From NCBI GenBank assembly GCA_045837725.1, contig JBEWZL010000179.1, positions 558,001 through 622,000 of the forward strand: a DNA stretch of 64,000 nt. The letters are read 5' to 3'. Position 1 is the first letter of the stretch; each line of letters opens with the position of its first letter. The position numbers and the translations under genes were made by a program. Below are positions 40,401 to 56,500 of this stretch, one piece after another. Source of the DNA: Vermamoeba vermiformis. Taxonomy: Eukaryota. The notes under the pieces were generated by a model, which ran no database searches, was not told the origin of the DNA, and worked only from the letters and a program-made list of their open reading frames with translations.

Positions 40401-40678
40401 ACGTGCGATCCGGATTTGACAGGGGAAACAAAACCTCGGGCAGACGGTAACTTCAAGGGCTTCTCCCACGTCTTGTTGATAGTGTTGTATACGTCTATCT
40501 TATCTGTTGCTATGAGATCGTGGTATTCGTAGCCTCCAACGAAATAAATGTTGTGTTCGACTTGGATAGAGGACACAGCTGTTCGTTTGGAAGACATTGC
40601 CGTCTTCTGCATCGTTACTTGGCTAAATGCTGATGTAGCATAGAGTAGGCATAGAAACAGAATGCTAATGCTTGCCAT
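37498..40678 (-). CDS. Receptor kinase with Kelch-like ectodomain, one TM helix and a tyrosine-kinase-like catalytic domain
   Basis: Signal peptide; Kelch-type IYFVGG/VYFAGG/VMIAGG repeats; TM IVAAIVVPVGVVVFGAVVLAVLLV; GQGGSG, VALK, HRDVAARN, DFG, PIRWMAPE. One intron in KS/DVWSFG. Confidence 0.92.
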
Positions 40679-41416
40679 CTAATTAACAAGTCATTAGATG
40701 CAATTCGGAAAAAGATGAGATTAAAACCAAAATTGCAACTGAAATTTTCGCCATGATTCCGAAAAGGCGCATACTATTCAGATGCTTCCTAATACATTTA
40801 AATAAACTAAAAACTTGCCTTTTCTCATCCTATGTCCGCTTCTATTCGATGTTTCGTATTAACCCGAAATAAATTACTGGCTGGGTGATCTGAGGTTCGA
40901 GAGAGAATGAAGTATGCTTATCCCGATTACAGGACCTATGAAAAGTATCAATAACTTTTATAACCTTTTGTTTCCACAATCACACACCTACTTTAAGTGC
41001 AGATCTCTTGGACAAGGATCCGAACGACGATGAATTTGCTTGCAGAGAGCGCTTTAATGAAAAATAAGGAATGCTCGATGCTGTCGGCAATTTTAAAGTG
41101 CACATCCCTTGAGCGGCGCGACTCACAAACGCGTGTGAGCGGTTCACACTCACTTAAATTCCCGAAAATGTTGGAAAAAACGTTAGTACCGAAGTATTAA
41201 TTTGTTATTATTACGAGCACCAACTATAGTATTATAATACTATCATAACGGAACTTACGATTCCAGATCCAGCTTGGAGTTGAAACGTCTCAAAAGCGCT
41301 TTCTTTGAGATATTCTCTTGTTCGAGGAATGCGCAAGCCTTCCTAATCGTTATAATTAATGCACGAACTTACCTTGCAGTTAAAACGAGTTCAGATCTGG
41401 ATATGTTCAAAAGGCT

Positions 41417-43874
<2,458 letters not shown>

Positions 43875-44022
43875 GTGTTATACCTTTGATTAAGTAAGAA
43901 TAAAAATGATTGCGCGACCAGCAGAAATTTTTGGCGGTCCAAAGAAAGTGCTTATCATTTTATTGTTTATCGGGAAAGGTTCTTGAAAATTAAGATTTGG
44001 ACACTCTCGTACTATTTAGCCT

Positions 44023-45678
44023 TCAGTAAGCTAAGAGTACAACCAGAATCATCACCGAACCAAAGATCGAGCCAAGAATGGATCCGGCAGAGATTGACGC
44101 GGGAACGGCAACGTTCGGTACAGGCAAGATCTGTTGAGGAACAGATTCTGGTTGGCCAATTGGTGCAGCAATAGGCACTTCCACCGTTCTATTTGCCGCT
44201 ACAAATTCAAAAGCGTAGGTAATGTAGCCAGGCGCAATTATCAGTGTATCAAAGCTCGCTAGCTTGCCATTGTTTGCGTCGACAGTTGCTAGCACAGTCC
44301 AGTTATAGTCTCGAGATTCAGAATAGAGCAACATGTGCTTGAAATCCAAGTTTTCGTCGCTCCAATCGATGCCAGACAACTCGTATACTTGCGGATCAAA
44401 GGCTACGGCTATAGGGGCTCTCTTGTTGATGTACCACACTCGGGCTGATCGACTGACATTTCCTTCCAACGGAATCATCTCCAGCGTACTGTTAACGTTG
44501 TGGCCTACTAGCGTGTACTGTTCCGTCCAATTAGCTGTAGAGTTCGAAGAAAGCACGAGCTCAGCTGAGCGACATGTGCCGTTGTCAAACAGAAAACCCT
44601 CACCAGAAGGGGAAATGCCTGTCACATTAGCCTTGAACTCCTCGTTAGTGAAAGTGAACTTTGTCAAGTAGCGATCCAAACCATGATTTATCGTTAGAAG
44701 AGCGTAGGCAAACGTCACTTCACTGGAACTAAATTTCGAAGAAACAACCATGTCGAATATGTCAGCAGTAGCGTAATTACTTCCGTCCATACTGCATCCA
44801 ATCAACGTTCGTTTGTCTGCAATAAAAGTTAGGAACGGCGTTGTAGTTAACTTTTAGAATTACCTGAACTTGAAAAGGCTGGAATCGGATACGAACTACC
44901 AGATCCAAGGCCAAAAAATTCGATCGTCATCAAAAGTCCATTGCTTTGTGGTGAGAGTCGGACTTGCACGATCATTCTGGAATCAACAGGCCATCTGTCA
45001 GCGCTAGCATAAGAAGATTCCGCAACATTGCCGTTAATTAGCAGAATTATTTGCACGTTCGTTGCGTCTAACAAAGGTAAATAAATTAAGAATCCGGAGT
45101 TGATCGGATCCGATTCGGTTACCTCGGGCGAAATTGATCACATATCCCTCTGTTGGACTTGACTGCTGAGCAAATAAGGTATGCGAGGGAGCTTTGAAGA
45201 CCGCCATAAACACAAAATCGCTCATTAGGGGAATAGAACGGGAACTATTCAGATCGTTGCTTAGGCACCTAAAATTTGCTTTGTTAAGATAGCTATAGCA
45301 ATTATAATATCCTTGAATATTTAATACGGTGGACAAATATCACGGGATTTCACAGGATGTCAAAAGTGATCTGGCTTACTGAGATCCGTTGAATCGAACG
45401 CTCAATGGCAGACCATTTTCCTCTTGTAACCACGGCGCACGGCCAACTGTAGGATAAAACTGAGTATCGTTGACGTTAACCCAGCGTGTTTCGCTGATCT
45501 CCTGTTAGTTCAAATAATATGTACAAAAGGATACTTACGGAGCACCAACAAACGTCGCTCCACTCAGTGCTACGGAGGCTTTGTTCGCAAGTCCAGGAAG
45601 ACCCAGAGGATATTCAACAGGACTCCAACTTTGAACTGAGGCTACAACAAAAAGAGTGAAAATAATTGAGCGTTGCAT
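44023..45678 (-). CDS. Uncharacterised secreted/surface glycoprotein with hydrophobic C-terminus (GPI signal or TM)
   Basis: Signal peptide MQRSIIFTLFVVASVQS, four GT-AG introns, many NxS/T sites, Pro-rich stalk, terminal ILGSIFGSVMILVVLLAY. Confidence 0.7.
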
Positions 45679-46366
45679 TGTGTTGTTCCAACAAAAGTGC
45701 TGAAAGTTTGGTGTATAATTAAAACGCTTTTTAAATTTAAAGAGGTGTGAATTCGATCACAGAATCTTTGCCGGAAGCTTTTTGCGGTGCAACCTCGCAA
45801 GCAGCCAAGCTCGGTCGCCCAATAGTGAGTCAAGCAGTGCTTTGCTGTTATCAAGTAAGTCTAGACTAATCCAAATACTTGCTACGACTGCAGATTTTTT
45901 CTGTCAGCGGAAAAAACGCCGACTGCGGGTCTGCTTGCAACAAGATCCTCCATAGGTTCGTGGCATCAAATGTAGGCCCATTCTCCAACCGTATGCTAAG
46001 CGTACGTTGGATCAGGTACCTGAAACACTTTTAATTATTAAAAATTTTGTTATTGTGGATCACACCTAAAAAAATTAGCTTTATAACTAATTTCGAGATA
46101 AAATAAATTAAAAATAACTGTAATTGGTTACCTTCAGCAGCGTAAAAGTCATTCATCCGATCACCTCAGAGAGTTGATTATCTCAGTGCTCTTGAGAGCT
46201 TAAAATTATTTTCAATAGAAACACAAATCATATTCGGCTGTGTTGTAATCACCATTCGCTCTGGTTAAAAAGAAGTGCGCACTGTTTTGACCAGAAGTTG
46301 ACTGCTTCGTGCATTAAAATTCGTTATTCTTCCCGAACACACTATTGATTATTTACTACGATCACA

Positions 46367-47675
46367 ATGTCAGAGGTAATTTTTTGAATTGTATTTTTGC
46401 CACCGAAACTAACCTAATCAAATCCAAAACAAGGCAGCAGCCCCATCTGGCAAACGAGAATATCGATTCAAAATTATTGTTGTAGGAGCTCTTGGTACTG
46501 GCAAGACGAGCATTATTAAGAGATTCGTTAATAATTATTTTTCAAAAAATTACAAAGCAACGGTAAGCTGATCGACAATTTTTCAATTTAATATTTCAAT
46601 TCATAATAATAAATTTAGTGAATAAAATTAGCATTTATAAGAGCCTATTTTATCGAGATAATAATATATTGCGTTTCGGTTTGAATTTTCCTTTCTAATT
46701 TCTTTGTGTATTTAGGTTGGTGTTGATTTTGCATTGAAAGTAATCGATGTAGACGCGAAGACTAGAGTTTATTTGCAATTATGGTAATCATAGCGAACAC
46801 TTAAAATTAGTATCGAGAGATCCCGGTCTAATTCCGTATCTTTCTTTTTACTAGGGATATCGCCGGTCAAGAACGATTTGGTAAGAAAATAATATTATTT
46901 TTAAAAGCTAAAGAATATATTTATAATTTTTCTATTTATTCTTGCAGGATCGGTCACAAAAATCTATTACAAAGACGCAGTGGGCGCTATTATCGTATTT
47001 GATTTAACTCGCCAACAAACATTTGAAGCCGTAGATAAATGGAAGCTCGATATCGAAGACAAATTGAATTCGGACGAACCAATTCCCATGTTGTTGATTG
47101 GCAACAAGGTAAAAAATCATACATTAGGAAAAAGACATAGCTATTGTTACAATAATTAACTCGAATATAATCTCGTTGCAAATGAAAATTCGTCAATCTT
47201 GGCTCGGCAGAGGTGATGCCCGCTAATTTTTGATTTTTTTGATCGTGCCTGTTATCGACGTAGTGTACTGATATCTTATTCTTAGAGCGATTTGGTTAAG
47301 GACAAAAAGGGATGCGCGGAACCAGCACAGCTCGATGAATACGTCAAAGCGAACAATTTTATTGCTTGGTAGGTCACGCTTGTCCAGTACTTACAATACC
47401 TAACACTCGTACTACTTGGAATTACCATCGATATTATTATTTTAACGCGTTATAATAGTTTTTTATAGCTATAGTTGCTTAATTTACTTATTTTTAGGTA
47501 CCAAACCTCAGCGAAAGAGAACGAGAATGTGAACGAAGCAATTAATTTCTTGGTGAAGAAAGTGATTGAAAATGTCGCGCAAGATGCTGACCAAGGACGC
47601 GATGATACGATTACATTAGCGGCTAATAATAACGATAATCCTAAGCCCGAGAAACAGTGCTGTTGGAACTCGTAG
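46367..47675 (+). CDS. RAB32: Rab GTPase, Rab32/38/29 subfamily
   Basis: GALGTGKT, YKATVGVDFALK, WDIAGQERFG (Ile variant typical of the Rab32 group), GNKSD, TSAK and C-terminal CC. Confidence 0.88.
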
Positions 47676-48012
47676 TCAATTTCAACCAAAAATCATTTTA
47701 TAATTCTATCAACGATGTAAATATATTGCACCTTCAAAAGGTATTAGTATGCCAATAAAATTTGAAGTTTTGTATAACTGTAGTGCTCTGCACGGATTCG
47801 ACCAGCCGATCTCAAGTACTTACGTACAATACTACTTGTGCTAAACTCTTTTTCTGACAGCTACTATTTACTGATTATGCACTTACAATATAGTTCAGAA
47901 TTCCACATCGTGTATTTTTGGTACACGTGAACAACAGCCCTGATGGATCGGAGATTAAATCTCTAGTTTATTCCATTATATTATCAAACTTTAACTATCA
48001 CCACAACCACAA

Positions 48013-49852
48013 ATGGCTTCAAGACGACACTTACATAACCACCCTTTGGTTCGTCACAACAACGCTCAGTCGTTTTACAGCCAAGATGCATTCGGTAATT
48101 GATCATATATCACTTTTACCACGAACTATATTATTTTAATAATTTATTGCTTTTTTCCATCCTCCAATTGCAATTTTTAACGTCAGATTCAATTTCACTA
48201 ATCTGTCCCATCCACAGTTTGCAATTTGTGCAACAAGAGTTGCCGTGGAAGAGTATTTCATTGCAGTTCTTGCAATTTCGATGCCTGCCCAAGCTGCATG
48301 AGCACTCATCTGCGAAACAGTAAGTCTTGATCGAGTCCGCTTCGTAAAATTATGCCATAAAAAATAATTAATTTTCCATTACTCGAAGAAAGCAATAATT
48401 GTGCACTGAAGAGTGGTACACGTTGCTAAACCTCATATTTTTAGACGCGAAGCACGTGCATCCGTTGGCAAGATACACGACTTCTCCCTATGGTCCTAAC
48501 AAGCCTTCCATGGCCGTTTGCGACACCTGCCGCGCCACCATTAAGCACGGAGAAGAAGCTTATCATTGCGACACTTGCAGAGACTACGACAACTGCCGTA
48601 CTTGTTACAACAAGTACCAAAGTACGTACTTGCAAATTCGTTTATGACGCACTTGACATTAATACTTCGCTAGTGCCTCATCAACACCCCTTGAGATATT
48701 TCGATCGAGCACCGTACAACTCTCGCAGCTTCATCTGTGACTACTGCTCGTTCAGCTACGGCGAAACTCCTGGCTACCACTGCGATGCTTGTGGTAACTT
48801 TGACGCGTGTCCCACGTGCTACAACAAGTTCGGTAAGCAGCTACTACTATAAAGCTGATATATCGTTGACAAGCACGCGCTAACATTGTATCGTTGCAGC
48901 TACTGGCCCCTCGCCGATGCCCAATGCTTATCCCGCACCAGGTCAATACCCACCTTCGTACCCACCGACTGCAGGAGTTCCAGGAGCCTACCCTTCAAAC
49001 CCGTTGCCTGGAACGTACCCCACGCCCACACCCAGTGCGTACCCTTCGCAAGTAGTGCCACCTCCTGGTGGTCACCCTCCTGGTATCCAAGCACCTCCTC
49101 AACCAGTCAACATCAGCGTCAACTTGGCTGTAAATCAACCTCCTCAACAGCCTGGCCAGTATCCCCCTCAAACCCAACCGGGACAATACCCACCTACTCA
49201 ACCCGGCCAATACCCCTCACAACCAGGATACCCTTCTCAACCTGCACCGCTCAACTTCCCGGGCCAACCTGGTCAATACCCGCCTCAACAAGGCCACCCT
49301 CCCCAACAAGGCGGATATCCTCCTCAAACTCAACCAGGCCAATATCCTCCTCAGCAAGGTGGCTACCCTCCACAACAGCCCGGTCAATATCCTCCCAATA
49401 ATCAGCCTTTGAACTTCCCCGGTCAGCCTGGTTACCCCCCACAACAAGGCGGATATCCTCCTCAAACTCAACCGGGTCAATATCCTCCTCAACAACCGAG
49501 CTATCAAACGGGACAATACCCACAAACTCCAGGCTATCAAACACATCCACCCGGTCAATATCCGCCACAACAACCCGGTCAATATGGCGCGCAACCAGGC
49601 CAATATCCTCCTCAACAAGGTGGTTACCCTCCACAACAGCCCGGTCAATATCCTCCACAAGGTCAACCTCAGCCTGGCCAGTATCCTCCGAGCAACCAGC
49701 CATTGAATTTCCCTGGCCAACCTGGATATCCTCCACAACAAGGCGGATACCCTGCGCAACCAGGACAATACCCGCCTAATCCTCAAGGCGGCTATCCTCC
49801 ACAACAGCCTGGCCAATACCCGCCGTCTAATGGCAAGCCTACTCCGTATTAA
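48013..49852 (+). CDS. Three ZZ/DC1-like zinc fingers followed by a long Pro/Gln/Gly/Tyr low-complexity domain
   Basis: Three HxHPL...CxxC...(F/Y)HCxxC..(F/Y)DxCxxC units across exons, then ~310 aa of [14 protein letters not shown] repeats. Confidence 0.85.
49140..49830 (+). repeat. Coding imperfect tandem repeat ([14 protein letters not shown]; higher-order unit marked by PLNFPGQPG x3)
   Basis: Visible in the translation of ORF 48917-49852 and in the DNA. Confidence 0.9.
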
Positions 49853-50179
49853 ATAGCAGATGAATGCGGATGTGCAATTGTATATTAATTACCCAAATTA
49901 CGTCTTACTTAATATTAGATCGCCATCCCGCCGAAGATCGCACTCGATCTCTTTCATAAACGGCTTTCGTGGCATGTCAAACATTTAAAATATCTTCTAG
50001 TAATTGGCGCCATCTTCTTTGAATCACATTTCGCTCTTGTTTCGATGCGAACGGCTGTCAGGTATTTTTCATGCTCGTAATTTTGGGAAGAGAAAATAGC
50101 AGAAAGAGGAGCCCTGACAAAACATAAATATCGGTTTTACTATCGCCTTCATTCGTACATAAACTACTAACAGACAACC

Positions 50180-51473
50180 ATGAAACAAGTGCTTGCTATT
50201 TTGGCCATTTTGGGTCTCATTGTCGGCCTCAACGCCAAAACTTACTCGATCGCCTACTACGGTATGCAGTTTACCCTCGTAGTTCTGCTAAATATAACCC
50301 ATACTCAATATTATATCGTGCGGCACAAGGCGATTTACTAAACTGTAATTCTAGGTTTTGATATCGCTGTTGATCCCTCGGGATGCGATGCTACAATCAC
50401 CGAAACAATGACTTACTCTTTCTCTGGCGGCACTTTCCAAGGCGCTGAACGCTCTATTGCTCTTAACGGCTACTCTGGATATCCTAGCCACATTAACTTC
50501 ATTAGTCTCACAAGCCCCAATACCACGACCTCTGTTACTGCTAACTACGTCCAAAACGGCTATTGGATTTTGCAGTGGTCTTTCCCTCCTAGGTAATTAC
50601 CATAATTTTAACGATTACTGCGAATTTTAAATCCGCGATCATGAATTTTAGGCTGTTAATTTTCTAAATATTTTAATTATTGATTATCCTTCTAGTGCTG
50701 GCAAAGTCACCTTCGTAATCACTTACAAGGCCGACGTTCTCTTCACCAAGAACAAGGGTGCCCAAAACTACTTCGATTACGTTCTTATTGGCTCTGAATG
50801 GAAGGTAAGATTATTTTCATATTATTCAACAATATGTAACGAAATGCTAACACATAATTTGCAGAACTTTGGCTCTTTCTACGGTGGTTTCAACAACGTA
50901 AACGTGACTATGACTCTTCCTAGCTCCGTTAAGGGACTTTCATTCTCTCCCTCATACACCAACAAGTATGAGAACAATGGGTAAGTAAAATTTATCGGCG
51001 CAAACTAAAATTTTAGGATGCGATCCACCGTTTGTGCCAAACTGAATCTGACCGTCAATTTGTTTAGTAACATCATCGTCAACTGGGCTCAATCTTATTG
51101 GAGCGCTGGTAGCGTTTACGATATCACTGCCACTTTTGATGCTGTCGTAAGTTCAAATCACATTCGCGTTACACGTGCTCTTCGCAATTCACTAACCCGC
51201 TTTGTCTAATAGAACTCTTCTTGCCGTTCCGCTGATGGTCCTGGCATTGTCGGCTGGGTCATCGCCGTTATCGTCCTTGCTTGCTTCTTCGTCGTGCTCA
51301 GCATTGTCGTCACTATTTTGAGATGCTTCTGCGGAGTCTGCAGATGGGGTGGCAGCTACACTGTTGTTGCTGACTCTGGCTTCCATCACCACCATCACCA
51401 CGGTCATCATCACCACCACTCTTCTGGCGGCTCTTCCAGCCCTGCTCGCACTGGTGGCGGTGGTGCTTGGTAA
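50180..51473 (+). CDS. DUF2207/YciQ-like single-pass membrane protein with His-rich tail
   Basis: Signal peptide; TYSI...DIAVD..CDATITETMTYSFSGGTFQGAERSI; FVITY...LIGSEW...NVNVTMTLP; TM helix; tail HHHHHHGHHHHHSSGGSSSPARTGGGGAW-stop. Confidence 0.75.
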
Positions 51474-51655
51474 AGAATCCAAGATCAAGAAAAATCAATC
51501 TTTACATATTTGTTTTTTCACGCCGAGCTATTAATATAGGTTCGGCTGTATAATAAACTGGATTTAGCGAACCTCAGTTCCTCAACTTAAATCGTTCAGA
51601 TCGCGCACCAAGACACAACCTATTTTTTTTTAACGAAGAACACCACAGTACCAAA

Positions 51656-53166
51656 ATGACGACCGCACACAGACCAACATGGTACCCCGCTATCGGTGGT
51701 GAAAATCAAGGTGGCAACAAGCAATACATGCCTAGTGCCGCTCGCTCAGCGAAGGACATCCCAGGATTTACTCAAATGAAATACAGGTAAGCTATTAATT
51801 ATTAATATATTAATACGGACAATAATGCCCACAAATGAATATGACAAGTATGAATAAGATCCACGACACGAATTAAAAATAAGAAATCTGAAAAATTACG
51901 AAATTATTTTTGTCGGCCGCCAATATTTATGAAATATAAATATTAATTTATATTATGCAGACACGATGCAGCTACAGACGAGGAAAATATGAAGGCTGAA
52001 CTTGAAGCCAAAGAAAGAAAGCATCTGAATAAACGACCACGAGAAAACGCTGCTATTGAAGATGAAGGTAATTAATAATCTATATAATTTTAATTTACAA
52101 TAATATTACACGAATGATTGCATTTTAAAATCGAGATCGTGCACGAAACGCAGATTCTTTCTTATGGAAGAATCAAACACGGTCAATACTTTATTAGCAC
52201 ATACTGTTTGCAAATATTTGTGCAATATTTTTTTACGAATATTGTTCTTATACTTGTTTGTAGAGGAAAGATCCTCGAAAAAGCTTAAATTGGATGCCGA
52301 GTCAACGGAAGACAAAGACGAGCGTTCAGAGGAACCTGTGAAGCCTAAAGTTAAGCAAAGTAAGAAGGCTAGCAACCCTGATGCAGATGATAGCGATGAT
52401 AGCGACGAGGATGACAGTGATGAGGAAGAAAAGGAGTCAAATGATAGGTACGGTAACCGATCTCGAATCTCAATAACTGAGCTTCATTTTTCCTCCTATA
52501 ATACCATTTAACATCAATCAAGCAATTGCAAATAACATTTAGACTATTTTTATCATAATAACATATATAGCACCAAATTTTGCGTAGAAAATTGAATCGT
52601 GTTCAACGTACAATTTGAATTACTTTTCTAACGCGTGTTTGCATTTGCAGCGACAGTGACGACAGCGACGATGATGACGATGACGACGAGGCTGAACTGT
52701 TGCGCGAATTAGAACGAATTCGTAAAGAGCGTGAAGAAGAACAGAGGCGAAAGGAGGCTGAACGCGAGCAAGAGGAACAAGACACCATTAATCGCGAGGC
52801 TATGGCTTCCAACCCTCTCTTGGGCGCTCCTAGTTCATTCAATATTAAGAAGAAGTAAGTACAATTATTGATATACAATCAGAAATTCGATCATCAAAGT
52901 GGCTCAGATCCGCGAATCTTTATTGAATCACATCCGTTTAATTATTATGTAATACATCTAATTATTCCATATTCCGTATTGTTATATGTTTTTTTATCCT
53001 TTGAGTGTCCTCAAATGTGGTGCCTAACGGATTTGTTTGTAGGTGGTACGAAGACACAGTATTTAAGAATCAAGCCAAGAAAGAAGTTAAACACAAGAAG
53101 AGATTTATTAACGACACTTTGAGAAATGATTTCCACAGAAAGTTCTTGGATAAATACATCAAGTAG
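51656..53166 (+). CDS. CWC15: Spliceosome-associated protein CWC15
   Basis: [37 protein letters not shown] and [20 protein letters not shown]. Confidence 0.96.
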
Positions 53167-53591
53167 ACTGGTTGTAGCGATCGGCAAGCTATTCTCTGTT
53201 TGATACGAAAGTTTAAACTTCAATTTTTCTTGTTCAAATCTCCTTTTTTGTTGTATAAATAACCAACAGTAATAAATGTAATTAAAGCCAGCCTGTCTAT
53301 TGATCGGATCTGTCGATCACAAACGTTTCGTCGAATCTTTTAAACCATATGATATTCATGATATTGAGGAGTATCTTGTTGAAATAGTGAGGCCACAAGT
53401 AGGTTCTAAATTAGGAAATGGATCCACAAACCAATAAAAACTGACCAATGAAAGCGAAGCAGAATTCTGTCCGTTTGGACGTCGAGATTTATTTAAGATC
53501 TTTTGTTCCTTGAACAACAGCTAGTTATTTAATAGTTATTGTTCAATACTATCAGACCGTTAATTTAGCCTTATTACGAGATCTGATCGAG

Positions 53592-56500
53592 ATGGGAGGA
53601 AAATCATCGAAAGGAAAGCGCCAGCCAGAGCCCGTTCCTCAAGAACCAAAAAAGGAGGGCTATAAATATCAGCATGTTGTAATACCTGAAGCCAATGATC
53701 CTGCGCCTGCCAATGCAGATCCAAAGGTAAAATAATTTATTAAGAAATATCTTTCGCTAATCATTGGAATAATAATATCAATAATATTTTTAAAATTATA
53801 TTTAGCGTTTTTATTAATTATATCGCAGGTTGCCAATCCTCCATCTGAAGCGGTTAAAAATCAAAACCAAAATAATAATAGACCTTCAGCTGCGTCAAAT
53901 CAACCAGCAAATACTAATGTACATATGCAACGACTCACGGATGCTATTTATCCACCATTACCTACAGTCACTATTCCTCCAATCTCTGAGGAAACTGATC
54001 CTTACAATTTGGCGCTGAATCTGTCAGCCGTTTCGGATTCGTTCTTAAAGTTGGTTCATGCAGTGCAAAATCATTGGGATAGAGACAATGTTATGAACGA
54101 AATATTCGACAGTACCACGGTAAGTTCTAGCGAATCAAATTTCAGCGATCGAAATTAAAATGAAAATTTTATATCAATTATATTATTTTGAATATGGAAT
54201 ATGTCTTGACTATTATTAATACCATATTAGAATTTCGAAAAATCAACTATCAATATGCGAGATGACAGACGTATCAGAAACTGGATCAAGCCAGTACATT
54301 ACCGCAGCACTGGTCTCCTTATTAGTAAGTTAATATAACCTCATTGCTAAATATTTCATATTAAATACGAGGGTACTGAAATTATCAATTTCTTTTTTAT
54401 TCGAACTTTTTTTTGGTTGTGTTTGTACGACAGCATTTGCTATGCAAGGCAATATTGTACTAATATATCCTTATTATTATAGCACGCAGTAAATACACTG
54501 GAAATGATATGACGCGCATTCGTACCATGTACGATCAATTGCGTACCTCTCGCAGTGCGATGAACGATAACAATTTGCGTCGCGAATTCAGCGACATTCT
54601 CAAGAGCGTTGTTGGTACGTCTGCAAAGGCCTATTAATCATAATATATATATATTATGCGAATATGATATAGGAAGACATTATGTGGAAGGAATTTTGAC
54701 CTTCTGTTTAAAACGGATCTTCATAGAACGCCTTCTTTTAATCAATTTTATTTAATACGGATGCTAACGAATGATTTTTTCCTTATTTAGAAAATTTCTG
54801 GTGGTTCCACGTTGGTTACGAATCAGTGGTGACACGTGACGTTCAAGATCAAATTCAGATCTGCACTGACGCCATGGGTGCGTTGCAGACACTAGACATT
54901 GATAATTACTCCAAGTGGGAGATCAATCACAGAAAATTCGTCTTGGCTGCTCTTAAGGTACGCAATCCGTCATGCAAATCAAACCAAAATTCCGAAGCAA
55001 ATCCATATTCTTATTTTAATCGCTTTCCTAAAAAGGAAATACTTAATCGATATCAAATTACCGTCATATTTTCCTTGCAAAACGTATTTAATTAGGAGAA
55101 CAATGCTAATTTTTGTTTCCGTCCACAGCTGGTCAGAATTGCCAATTTGCGTGCCTTGCAACAACGTAACGGAGCAGTGTTGAAAGAATTGAGTGACATG
55201 GTCTACAATATTTTACGCGCCACAAAAGTGTTCCATTTAGTCGCGAAGAAAGCGTTGCAAGATCCATCGACCACGAGCAACTTGATCAATTTGTATCAAG
55301 TAAGATTAACTCTTGCAAGATAATGCAATATTATTTTATAGAAAACTAATAGCATCGAATTTGATAAAAATTCAGTTGCAAGATGGCTACTTTATGATAT
55401 TTTTCCAAATATGGTAATTAACTTTCGTTCTATTTTTAGGCCGTGTTCGATCAGATGCGCCGACTAGAACAAGTCTTAGTGACAGTCGATCAATTAGCCC
55501 CCGATGTTGATCGTATTATTATGACGCAAGACACCATCAACGAGTTCAGCGATCAATACACCAACGTCATCAAAGAAGTCACTGACGCGTTAGAATCGTT
55601 CAAATTCAAAGCTAAGCCCAACCAAGCCGCAGACTTTGAGAAACAAGTGCGCGTGATCATTGATTGCATTGAAGTTTTCAAGCGTGTGCTCGTGACGCCG
55701 AACAACGAGGCATTCACTGCTGCGACTATTCGTGCTTGTGAAGCTATTGAAAAGAGTTGCGTTGATATTTATCGCATTATGCCGTTAGAACTGGATCTCA
55801 CTTTGCGCGTAAGTATACAATATTTTATTATTTCCTTTTATGGTAATTGCTCACGAGACTTCCATAGGAACTCGTATTGTACTCGCTGCAAACCGAGTTG
55901 CACTTCGTGTTCCAGGCCAGAATTGTTGCCGCTATGAAAGCTTTGTATTATTTGATCGCGCCAGCTGAAATTTCACAGTTTAGCGCTTTAAGGTACTTCA
56001 CGCAACGAAAAATCCTTCTATAATACAACACTAACAACTACTTTTAGATTGTTGTTGTTAGCTAAGAGTGTCCTATTAACGCACGCAGCTATCATGGTGA
56101 CTTATGGTGACAGCACCTTGGACGAGTTCATTGAAGTTGACGGCTCACCCGAGAACGACTACAGAGACTTGACGACTATTTGGCACTCTGGCCGCGGTCT
56201 GCCGAGTCTGTGGCAAGATCCCAATGCTGTTGCCCCTGGTCCCACAATGGAAGAAATTCACACGTACGTTACTACACCGACTCATACTCAAATCCTATTG
56301 CTAACCCTCGCTACTAGATCGCCTACGAAGGGCAAAATTCCAGTCAGCGACGATGAAGCGCTTGACAGCCTCATGGCAGCGTTAGGAATTAAAGGAGGTG
56401 CTGTGGTTGCTTCAGAACCCGAGCCCGCTCCCGAACCCGAACCAGAACCCGAGCGCGAACCTGTTATTCAGACTCCCGAGGTACGTAAAATCACGTGTAA

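Noticed and set aside
45760-46160. GC-richer intergenic stretch with splice-like signals; possible small gene or ncRNA
   Set aside because: No spliced open frame or recognisable RNA family could be built.
49140-49830. Regular DNA repeats as a CRISPR array or satellite
   Set aside because: The repeats are in-frame codons for a PQGY domain with wobble variation and no unique spacers.
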